A stretch of DNA of 64,000 bases from Phoronis australis (lineage: Eukaryota; Animalia; Phoronida). The DNA lies in contig NMRA01000157.1 of NCBI GenBank assembly GCA_002633005.1, positions 404,988 through 468,987 on the forward strand. Reading direction: 5' to 3'. Under the pieces are notes generated by a model. It made no database searches. It saw nothing but the letters and a program-made list of their open reading frames with translations, and had not been told where the DNA came from. Below, piece by piece: positions 53,232 through 64,000 of this stretch; the first letter of the stretch is position 1, and each line of letters opens with the position of its first letter. The position numbers and the translations under genes were made by a program.

Positions 53232-53520
53232 TAGCAACAACGAGAGCGCTCGGAGGAGCGACACTTGGCGAAATTACGCGAAAACAGGACGATGGGGAAG
53301 ACGACGACGACGATCATGACAATGAAGGCGGAGATTATGAACAACACGATAACATTCATGTAACTAGTGAACAAATCAGTAAGAAGTACCCTGCAGTGTT
53401 GTTCACGCACCCGGTAAACTGGCAACAGAGCGAGAGCGCTTGGAGGAGCAACACTTGGCGAAATTACGTGAAAACAGGACGATGGGGAGGACGACCACGA
53501 CGATCATGAGGACTAGTGAG
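53232..53520. repeat. Local direct duplication next to the DED1 acceptor
   Basis: GAGAGCGCT..GGAGGAGC.ACACTTGGCGAAATTACG.GAAAACAGGACGATGGGG occurs at about 53242 and about 53432. Confidence 0.85.
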
Positions 53521-53889
53521 AAATGAAAAATATCTTACGAAAGCCCATTTAAAACTCTATCGAACTGTACAGATTTCTGATCCGTTAATACACACGGCAA
53601 GAAAATCCCGGCACACAAAACTATTTGTAAAAAATGCAAAATTTGACAATTTTCTCCCCAAAATAACCAGTTCCCTGCAAGAGCTAGAAAAAGCCCAACT
53701 ACCAGGGCTCGACATAACGAGCTGCAGGTCGCATTTGTGACCTGAAATTTGGAAATGCGAGCTGAGATTTTTGTCAGCTCGTATCAAGTCGCAAAATGCG
53801 ACCTGGAATTTCCAACGAATGCGAGCTGAGTTTTTACACTTCTCAACAGATGCCTGGCAAATACAAAGCAGCTCTTGGTAATCCGATCG

Positions 53890-54725
53890 TTATTTGGTTG
53901 TTGCCAAATCCAAGTTCAAAAGAACACTATCCAAGAACAGCCCTACGGATGACTTGTAAGCAAGTCGCGTGAACATGGGATATGCAGAATCGATCTTTGA
54001 CGCGTTTCATTGGCTAACACATTTGGCCACTTTTGTAAATTTCCGGATTCGCCGAAGAAAGTTTCGGGCCACTGCTTAACACGTGATCAAACTTCACAAA
54101 ACAACGGTGTTTCTACTAATTCTTAAGCGATCAACTTACCAAACATTGTGGTGGACAAAAATGTTTATTTTTCACATAAGATGTCCTTATTACATGTACC
54201 AAATATCCACGACAATATCCCTGACATCGCACTGCGACACCGTTAGCGCGCAAGCGGTCCTGGCAGACAATCGTGACTTAGACTGAGATGTGCTTCTCCT
54301 TTTTATCGTATTAAGACAGCCAAAGAGAAAATGACAACCTTATTAATCGCCAAACGACGGTCACGTCTTTACTTTCAGTTGCCAAGAAATTCTCAAACCC
54401 TTTAGTTGTTTCTGGGGCTACATACGCGAAATATGATTTGTATTTCACACGTTGTTGCCAACGTAAAGTGTAGGCCTACTCCAGCGATTCAAGTGCGTGA
54501 ACTTACGCATGCGCACCACTTCAAAGAACAGCGACAGTCCTAAATGAAAGAGTATACCGGCTTGGCTCTAGTTTATTTGAAAATGAACTCAGATTCCCAG
54601 CAGTTATAAAAGACCCGATGTCCCGGTACAGATATAACCCAGAACTGACATTTTCCTGTTCCGATTTTTCCCGAGGTCGATGTTCTGTAAACCCTGTATT
54701 CTATGCCTGTAGCCAGCTATTGCGT
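53890..54725. repeat. Dispersed repeat family E; its 5' part recurs at about 57025-57150
   Basis: TTGGTTGTTGCCAAATC.AAGTTCAAA.GAACACTA is shared with 57028; the rest is shared with 39600-40230. Confidence 0.75.
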
Positions 54726-54997
54726 CTAAACTGGCACTAGATGCGACATTGTGGTTCAAGTTAGCGAACGTTCAGACTCCGTTATCTCAGAACTTTTGAA
54801 AGAGCATACTTCAAGGAATCCACATGCAAAAATTCACGTCATTTGCTCTTCCCGTTAAAAATGCGATACGAGAACAACTAAAAACGGGTGAAAAAGCGCC
54901 AGAGCCGCCATCTTGAAAGTGACTTCCGGTTAAACAAAATTTTATAAAAGCTGATCGATAGCAACAAACACGTGACCAGTTTGAAAGTGATTGGTTC

Positions 54998-55273
54998 ACG
55001 ACGCATCAGTCGGCAAGTTTTCGCCCTAGGATTTCAGCCCAATTTTTTGAAAAATGATCGTAATTTAACAACAGAGTTTGATAGCAATGCACCACAGTTT
55101 TGTAGAAAGACTGTCAAGTAGGGTACAAATATGTCACAGAGCGTAAATTTGATGAATCCTAGCTTCCGATTTTACCCGTTTCGGAAACCGGGTTTCAACT
55201 GCCTTAGGCTACAATAAGCGTCCTCTCCCCGTGAAATGAATTTTTCTAAGCGTTTATAAGAGCCAATACAGTA
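54998..55273 (-). mobile_element. Partial MITE family B end
   Basis: Matches about 34895-35160. Confidence 0.75.
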
Positions 55274-58200
55274 TAGTCCAGATACCTATCGTCGTCAGGC
55301 TCCAAAGGTCGTCCGCCATCTTCTTTCGCGTGCAGCGCAGCCACGCGGGACTTAGCGTTCCAATTTGGAGTGTTCGTCTACACATTAGGTACTAACGTCT
55401 CGGGAGAAACACGCATGGAAGAACTGAGACTAAAATTAATGCATTTACCGACTGTTTTTTGGAGACCACTTAAAAACTTGTAGATTTTACTAATGCACCT
55501 TTTTGTTCATTTTCAGAAGATATTTTCGAAATTAAATTTTCTTCAGACGGAACAAAAAACAACTCAGAGATTGTTCATGCAATGTATCTATTTCTCCCAG
55601 GCACTAACCGACACCCGTTAGGCCAAAGGAAAAACGCAGCAGACAAATGGAACACGCTGGGTGCTTAACAGTTTCAGCCCACGCCTTGGTCATCAAAATA
55701 TTGTCCACTTGTTTTTTATTGTAAAACAAAGTACTGAGCTCATTATTTATGTTGAAATTTTTGGTTAAAGCATTTTGAATTTATTTGAAGAAAAATAAAA
55801 TTCTTGAATTGATAGAGAATGGCCACCAATAAAGTAAAACATTGACTTTATTTCACTATATTGCATTGTTACATACAACACAGCATGACATAATCAAAAA
55901 TAAAAGAAGAGATTGAGCAATAAAATGTAAATACAACTTGGGTATTTAGTTATTTATTTATGATTGCAGAAGCCTGTTAAAGGCAAGAAAAAACCAAACA
56001 ATACGATACTGGGTAATTTATTAGAACAATTATATCGAGGTTCAATGATCAACTTGAACCGACAAAGTCTCTAAGGGTTACAGTTCTGTTTTGGCTGACA
56101 AGGTGTAAACAGAGAATGAAGAAAAACTGAAAAGAAAAAGAAAGACAGCAGAGATAAGTGGTGTTAAGAAAAACAAGAGCAAAAAGTCAAATAAAGAGGA
56201 CACAAATAGAAAATAGGTAAGGTCTATCTGGAATAAAGCAATTGCGATTTACTTTCCCGAACTGAAATTCTAAATCAATTTTAATCGATTTAAAAATCGA
56301 TATCATACTAGTAAAACAGTTTGTGGTTGAAGTAGAATTGCCATAAACCACTTTCCACTATTTTCTTGGCCTTTGTCTGTGTGGTTTTCTGTTCTTTCAA
56401 AAGGCGGCAGCATATGACGACCATAGGCGTCATTATAAAATGGCTGTCGAAAAGCAATGCACAGTTCAAACAACTCGGCATAAATAAAAGAAAACTTTTG
56501 AATCAAGTAATACTATGGATTTGTGAGAGTCAAATCAAGTTCTATGCAGAGCATAACTTAGAAGTGGAATAATTGGGTGAGTACGACAACAAGCCGGTTT
56601 TATGCTTAGGCGGACGACCATTGGGTTCCCAAGTATATACAGCTTTCCACCAAGGCTAGGTGATGCTATGACATTATTCTTTGTTGCATTAGTTAACTGG
56701 TCTTGGCTAATTATCATTTTATGGCCTGGTCATCCATTCAGCCAAAAGTAGTTCCATAGGTGGCTTATCAGCCATTATTCGCGCATGCTGACTCACAATA
56801 GAAGCCTGATAAGAGTGAAGGTGGATAAATGCAGTGTTCCTACAGTTTCTTGTTGTGGTAGACTGGTAGTGGATGTGTTCACGACATGTTGTACGTTTAG
56901 AACATTTATTTGACAATCTGTTACTTTACTTTTTGTAGCTTAAGAATGTGGAGTTTAACTAATAAAAAATTTTGAAAACGGAACTTGGGACATTGAAAAT
57001 GACCCATCCAAAAACAAAATGGCCGTATTGGTTGTTGCCAAATCAAGTTCAAATGAACACTAACCAAGAATAGCCCTCCCCATAACTTGTAAGCATGTCA
57101 CGTGACATGGTATAATGCAGAATCGACCTTTGACGCATTTCATTTAGTTAGTGTGAGGCATAAAGCGCCGAAAAGTTTACGGCATGTGACCCGTTTATAC
57201 TATACAACTGGGCCAACTAGTTGAGGACGATCAGAAGCAGAATCGAGGACGCCTGATGTGTCTCAGTCTGTACTCACTCGGCCATAATCGCAATATTCGA
57301 CCAACGCCATACTGTGAACATGTAAGCAAATACATACCCCGTTTCACACAACTCCCTAAACGAGTTCGAAAGACAGTGAAGTCGTTGAAGTCGACAGCTG
57401 TAAATACTTGTCTTAATTTACAGGCGGGCTTCGTGTCTGTGTCGAGTCCGTTCAGTAACGCTAGGACCTACGCTAGGCCTAGCTAAAATCTAACCAATAT
57501 CACGTTATCTTTTTTAAAATACACGTAAATGTCTCACGTAATCTCGCGAAGTCTTCCGTTGTATCGAGGTCCTAGGGTTACTCAGGTTACTGGAAGGCTG
57601 TCCTCAATCTGCACATGCTAATAGGTAGCGCTATGAACCGATTTCTTGGAAAAGTCTTTCTACTGCCATTTACTACGTAAGCCAACACTGCTAACCGACT
57701 AGAGCGACGTCTTTCGTGAAAATGTTCTGCTGCTGCTAGGCTACTCCGTACTTTGTTCATTAAGCGAAATTNGCTAGCTCATTTTTGGGGGGTCCTTTTT
57801 TGGCTTCTGCCGGACCCATTCCAGAGTGCAATTTGTCTGTCATGGGTCATTCGGTGTTCAGTGCGGTATTATTGTTCGTTTTAAATCAGTTTTGGTTGGT
57901 ACCTCGAATATCTAGTCTAGCTCATTTTTTGGGGTCTTTGTAAGGCCCCCAGGGGTCACACCCAGAGTGCAGACAACGGCAGACGTCCATTTCTGTACAT
58001 ACTGAGGTGGACTTTAAATGCTCCCGTGGTCAGATGTTGGTACCTCGTTCATCTATGCTAAGTGCTCTGGGCTGCCGGTCTATACGTTTGTGGGGAAATA
58101 AATAACGTAGAAAATAAATCTGAAACTAAATAAGGCGATCCAGATCCTCCCAAGGATACCATTGTTTCGCGAAATGTAGAATATAAATAGGTAAATAAAA

Positions 58201-58739
58201 CAACAAGAATGGATCAACTGAAATTTTCGGATGTAATAACGTGGGAAAATAACATATCCATGACGTAATTGTAGCCTCGATACCAGTTGCTGGGCTTTTT
58301 ACAGAAACCCGGAAATTCCCGTCCGTGGACTGTAACGGTGACTATAATCAGGTACCCTGGCCTTGCTTGTGCCGCGTTTTATCCAGTTTGAAGTTTCACG
58401 ATTAAACTGAAACAGCCACAAATACTTCATGGCACAAATGCTCAGTGTGAGGCATAATTCGCCAAAAAGCCTCCGGCGTATCAAGCTCCTCATAGGAACT
58501 TTGATGTATAGTCAGCTATCAGTAGAGATGGTGGTCAGTGCATTACACTGATTACAGCTTTCTGTCATTCAGTAACTTTTCCAGACGTGAATGGGTGCTG
58601 AACGTGCGATAACATCTGTTAACTGCTCAGCTCAGTCTTTTGTCCCGTATGATAACAAGCAGGCCAATTATCTCCCAGGCTTCAAAGGAAACGTTTGGTG
58701 GTTGCATGCTATTACCGAACGCGTATTCAGAACGCAGTC

Positions 58740-58797
58740 TAGGCAATGACCATCGCCTCTGTTGGCCAGGGCCAACAGAGGCGATGGTCATTGCCTA
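58740..58797. mobile_element. 58-bp perfect palindromic micro-transposon with a 9-bp TSD
   Basis: 28-bp arms TAGGCAATGACCATCGCCTCTGTTGGCC, a 2-nt spacer, and AACGCAGTC on both sides. Confidence 0.85.
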
Positions 58798-59927
58798 AAC
58801 GCAGTCAAACCCAGTCTTTACCCAGTGCGTTGGTAATCCGTTTGGACAGAATAGATTGTCTTAAATTCTGTTGTAGTTGGGCGATTTTGGTGATTCAAAA
58901 ACGGAACTTGATCAGCATTTGACGAGGAATTCAGAAATGCTATTGGTTTAAGCTCAAATATGTTATACCTTAACTTTCATTTTATCAGCCCAGCCCAGTC
59001 AGGCTAGATTAAGGATCTGATGGGAGATTAGAGCAGTTATCGAACAAAAGAGCGCAGGCCCTCCAAACATAAATGCCAGAATGGAGTTAATCAGTCGTGT
59101 AAGATATTGGCTACGGGGTAAACTTCCCAACTTGTTGTTGGGCTATAGAATCGAACAAGTTGGGAGCAACGGGATGTCACGGTTATGGTCTACACATACC
59201 GTACCTAATTATCGGACAGACCCGAAATATCATAAGATGTTACTTGAAGCATAATTGGAGAATTAAATGGCACGAATTTTTGTGCCGTTGTAACATGCTG
59301 TGAACATTCCCGCTAAACAAGATGACGTCACAACCCCACTGATCAGGGAAAACTGTGGGGTTTGGCCGATTGAACTAGACCGAATTATCCACCCTGGCTG
59401 TGTTAATTGCACTCAGCTCACGTCACGATCAGAGGGATCCCGCCTAGCTGCTCCTATTCATCGAGTCACAAGCGAATTGGCTTCACTCATGCAGATACGA
59501 TCAGCTGATGACAGTCTAGCCTAGATGACCGTACTTTTTATGAAGAGCGTTTTACATAGTTTTGAGTGTAATATTTGAAAAGAGGAGAGAAAAAAATTGT
59601 CGGTACAACTTTGAATTTTTCAAATCGGCCCAGAATAAGAGACTTAGCAACACAGCAACACTCACGATTACTCTCATTTGGCGCACACGAATATAAAAAT
59701 ATTGGACCCAAGTTATTTAGATTTTGGAACACATGCATTCCAATTTTCAAAAAAACATTTATTTTGGCTCATACAAGCTGTAAAACTACGTTGTTAAATT
59801 TCATTGTGCTCATTCATTGTCATCTGTCAAATCGGAAATTTCCGAGATGTGATTTGCAGCGTGCGCGTACGTATACAAAACACGGGATGGTTATGTTTCT
59901 GTACGAACATTAAGAAACTTTAGCATG

Positions 59928-62518
59928 TGTAATATTCTGATATTACGAAGTCAGAATATAAGACTTGCTGTATCAAATACTTTATTGGAACTAACTAAAC
60001 TCTCTACAAGGTGGCTTATATAGAACAATGACTAAGCAGCATGCAATTCTTACAATGGAAGTGGTAATACCATATATAGAACTTCCTTTACTCAGAATCA
60101 ATTAAACTATAGTCTTGCACTAACTGGTATGCGTGAGTAATATATCTGTTATATGTTTATCAAAACATTACATCTCTCCTCAACTTAGAATAATTTGTAC
60201 AAGTACACAAACATAAACACATTTCAACAGTCCATGTAGCTTGTCCAGTAATTGTTTATTTTAGTCAGTCACAAAGTCTTGCAAATATCCTGGTTTGCGT
60301 ACGGTACGTTCACAATCTGTAGCACTTAACATAGAACCTTTCTTATCAACAACAATATGAGGAGTGGCGTTAAACGGAGTTGACAATTTGTTTTGTTTCC
60401 TGTCATTTCTAATCAACACGGTGTCTCCTACTCGAATATCGCATGATTTTACTCCAAGTTTATTATCGGCATATGATTTCATTCGATGTTTTGCTAATAT
60501 GTCATTTCCTTTCGCCCTTTCCACGACAGAGTCCCGTTTGACACTGTTAGGAATCCTGTGTAACTTTGTTTGAGGTTCGCGTCCAAACAACAATCTATGT
60601 GGTGATACTCCAGTCGAGCTATGCGGTGTAGCACGATATTGTCTCAAAAATTTGTACAGTTCCAGCTTCCAGTTTTTACCTTCCGTAACTAAAGCTCTTA
60701 GACATTTCATCAGCGGTTTATTGAAGGATTCTGCTTGTGCGTTTGCTCTTGGCCAATGCGGTGTTAAATCCACTGAACTCTGCAAACGGTCTGAAAGCAT
60801 ACGAAGTAAATGGACTTCCATTATCCGATTTTACAACTTTCGGATATGCAAACACAGAGAATATTTTATCAAGCACTGGAATCACTGTATTAGCAGATGT
60901 AGATTTCACAATTTCCACGACTGGGTAATGTGAATGTTCATCAATTACCACAAATAAATAATCTCCTGACGGCAGTGGTCCACAAAAATCAACACTTAGA
61001 TTTTCCCAGGGATTATCAGGCATAGAGCTCATAGACAGTGGCTCTAAAACTCGTTTTCCCGTTGTCACAACTTGACAAGCTCGACAGTTCCGTATTTTGT
61101 TTTCAATCATGTTATCCATACCAGGGAACCATATGGGTGATCTCAAGAATGCCTTTGTTCTCTGCATTCCTTGATGACCTTCATGCGCAATTTCAACAGC
61201 CAATTTACGCAATGATGAAGGCATAACGAGTTGATTGCCTCTCATCAGTAGACCATCATTAACACTTGTTAATTCATCCCGTGTGTTCTTAAAATCTGTC
61301 AGTTCGTCCACATTAACGTCAGTATCAAATGACAGTGTTTTGGTTTCAAACCAACGGTTTGTTTTGATTAGCTCAATAACTTTCATCAGAGTCGGGTCAG
61401 CTCATGTGGCCAGTTCGATGTCCTCAATCGAAATAGCTTTGGGTTTTGTGTGTTGCAAAATACAGTTGACATATTCTTCCGCAATCTTGCTTTTGTTCGT
61501 TACCAGCAATTGGGTGTCGTGACATATAATCGGCCGGGTTGGAGACACCTGGTTTTTATTTAATCGTGAACTTATATGGTTGTAGCCGTAATCCCCAACG
61601 TTCGATTCTGAGCGGTGGTCATTCCTTTTTCCAAATCCTTCTTGGTTAGCCTACGCAGTGGTTCACTGATCGTAGCGTAGTTATCAAGAAATCTTGCGCA
61701 ATATGTTGTCATGCCGAGAAAACTGCGCACACTACTTACATTTGATGGTGCTTCGGTGTCAACAATGGCTTTGACCTTCTTTGGATCTGGTGTGATTCCA
61801 TCTCTACTGAAGACAAGTCCGAAAAAATCGATGGACGACTTGTTATACTCACATTTCTTTGGATTCAGTGTCAACCCATTGTCTTGCAACTCTTGGAACA
61901 CATCATAGAGAGCCTTACCGTGGTCTTCCTGCGTCTTCCCAAACGCAATTATGTCATCGGTTATATTTTTCACACCGGGAATTCCTTTAATCACATTTTT
62001 GATCGTTTCTTGGAATATTTCAGATGCGGAACAAACATCGAAATTTAGACTCCGATAACGGAAAAGACCGGCATGCGTACTAAACGTAGTGATATAGCGA
62101 GAACTTTCATCCAACTCGAGTTGGTGATAACTGGAACGTAGGTCCAATTTACTAAAAATTGAGGATCCATTCAAATCCGAAATTAACTCATCAACAGTGG
62201 GCATGTGGTGGCGTTGGCGTTCAATTGCCGTATTCGGCCCACGCATATCGACGCATAATCTGATGTCATCGGAGTCCTTCTTAGAAGGGGTCACAATAGG
62301 TGAAATCCAAGGCGTCGGAGTGCCAACTTCTACCTTTTCAATGATGCCTTCTTTCAACAACTGGTTGAGCTCTTTTTCGACCTTCTCCCTCAAGTGAAAT
62401 GGTGTACGCCGATGTCGAATCGCGATGGGCTTGACGTCAGGGTTAATGTGGAGTTTCACGTTTGAGTTTATCAACTTTCCAATCCCACTGAATAGTTCTG
62501 GAAATTGGTCCTCAACAC
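59928..62518 (-). mobile_element. Gypsy element 3: 3' LTR (59928-60172) and degenerate pol
   Basis: RT (RLCVDMR, SKLDLRSSYHQ, TDDII), RNase H largely deleted, integrase (AHEGHQG, VDFCGP, SDNGSPF). PPT at 60173-60185; LTR ends TGTAAT/ATTACA. Confidence 0.92.
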
Positions 62519-62600
62519 TTTTTATGCGCCCACATATTTATATGCGGACGCATTATGCCGTCATCTCCGTCCGTCCGTACGAGTGGCGTCCGTCCGGCGT
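62519..62600 (-). mobile_element. HINE-like 3' terminus truncating Gypsy 3
   Basis: Reverse complement of the 44660-44740 end (palindrome plus GGAC repeats), at a T run. Confidence 0.75.
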
Positions 62601-62679
62601 CAAGTGACAACAACATGATTGTGTTCTTCCAGATTTTTCTCGTGTTGCTGGGTGGGATCTAGCGCACATTTGGACTTAA

Positions 62680-63099
62680 TCTGCAGTTAATCCCGACTAC
62701 ACAGTAACTTAGAAGTCTTAGGGACGCTATTTGGAAAATTTAATGGGGATTTCAGGTAATTTGTTGAGTCAAAACTGTATTTTTACTCAAAATTTCAAGT
62801 TGCTCTATCGACGACAGCGAGGCAGCGACGCATCAGTCGGCAAGTTTTCATCCTGGGATTTCAGCACATTTTTAAAAAAAATATGACGCTAATCGTAATT
62901 TAGCAATAGATTTTGATAGCAATACACCACAGTCTGTCATTGGATACAGATTCGTCACAGCGCGTAACTTTGATGAATCCTAGCTTCCAACTTCACCCGT
63001 TTCGGAGACCGGGTTTCAACCACCTTAGGCTACAAAAAGCGCAATCCTTCCGAAACGAATTTTTGTAAGTACCCTGGGCGCTTATTAGGGCAAATACGG
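62680..63099 (-). mobile_element. Partial MITE family B copy
   Basis: Ends GGGCAAATACGG|TA; matches about 34730-35160. Confidence 0.75.
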
Positions 63100-63394
63100 T
63101 AGCCCTAATAGACGGTGACATCAACGCGTGAAACAATGATTTTTATTGACACTGGCAGCAAGTTTGTGGTGACAGACGCAAACAGCCGGGCGACTGAATT
63201 TTGGGCTGGGCGAGTAGAATTTCTGGCTCACTCTCGCAGCTGGTGAGCGGGGTTTTGAAATCTGGGTATATCTCTCATATTGCCATCGGTGTCTGGGTAT
63301 TCGGCGTCTGCACCCGTATCTCCCAAACCCCTCACAGGATCTGGATGAGATTTGGCCCATGAGAACGAATTTTGCACCTATCTGATTACCAGAC

Positions 63395-64000
63395 TTGTAC
63401 CTTCTAATGGCAATTTTAGTTGTTTATGCTTACTTCTGTATCTTCAGAGGTCCTCAACGGATTTTCATAAAATTTGGCAGTCTATTAATGAAACGATGCT
63501 ATATTTTTGTTTTCAGATGGATTTGAAGCACTTTGCATCACCTAGTGGTCATTTTTACTGTTTTTGTCTGCCCTTCTATCAACCATGTTCTTGCTTTAAA
63601 GAGGGCAGCTAACGATGATTTTCCGATGGCTTCGACTACTGTAGCGCCTCTTAGTGGCAGTTTTGTTTGTTTTTGCGCCCATGGCTAAATTTTATTCACC
63701 GAAACACTCTACAGGATTTCTATTGAGTTTTACTGGTGTATTTATATGCAGTTGACAACATTGGTTAGCGACTTTTGGACGGATTGGACTACGGGTGTGT
63801 CCTCTAGTGGCAGTTTTAGTTTTTTATGTTTACCTCTGTGTCTTGAAAGGTCGTCAACGGATTTTCATAAAAGTTGACAGGTAGGCATCTAGTAGTGAGG
63901 TGACGCTATCCTCCGATTTTCGTTTGAATTTGAGGCCCTTTGCGCCACGTAGTGGCCATTGTTACTGTTTTTGAGTCTGTTTTTTTCGCATATACCCCTC
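63395..64000 (-). repeat. HINE-family tandem subunits, reverse orientation, running off the window
   Basis: CTAGTGG-anchored ~145-bp subunits complementary to those at 40390-41850. Confidence 0.75.

Noticed and set aside
52874-53425. 183-aa ORF read as a membrane-anchored DED protein
   Set aside because: The hydrophobic N-terminus is the antisense reading of a GAC/GAT-rich duplication upstream of a good splice acceptor at 53171.
54880-55330. YY1/ETS-like motifs (GCCATCTT, ACTTCCGG) as the DED gene promoter
   Set aside because: Similar motifs occur in transposon ends elsewhere in the window (for example near 15188), and I could not define a first exon.
56300-56990. Short minus-strand ORFs as further host exons
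   Set aside because: No recognisable domain and no consistent splice phases.
2780-62518. Sense-orientation bias of retroelements relative to the host gene
   Set aside because: About five of seven are on the minus strand, which is too few to be meaningful, and some may lie outside the gene.

Overview
Repeat-dense eukaryotic DNA, probably from a marine invertebrate (an inference from the transposon families present). It has spliceosomal introns, single-n assembly joins and one N gap. The one host gene I can support is on the minus strand and encodes tandem death-effector domains (caspase-8/-10/c-FLIP-type prodomain). Its DED1 exon (53171-52878) splices in frame across a ~32.9 kb intron to its DED2 exon (19963-19725). 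Nearly everything else is transposon-derived: three Gypsy elements, BEL/Pao fragments, an L1/Tx1-type LINE, a Penelope-like 3' end with a hammerhead-like motif, an ISL2EU-like element, pogo-like and CAG-ended MITEs, and Helentron-associated tandem arrays. A recurrent TTAA-flanked family can be read as an internally deleted Kolobok, with a THAP remnant on one strand and a KolX (P2X7-ballast-like) remnant on the other. One copy of it anchors a multi-layer nest of about 16 kb. I did not find a system I can defend as wholly new; the best leads are ranked in the findings. All alignments and translations outside the supplied ORF track were done by eye.
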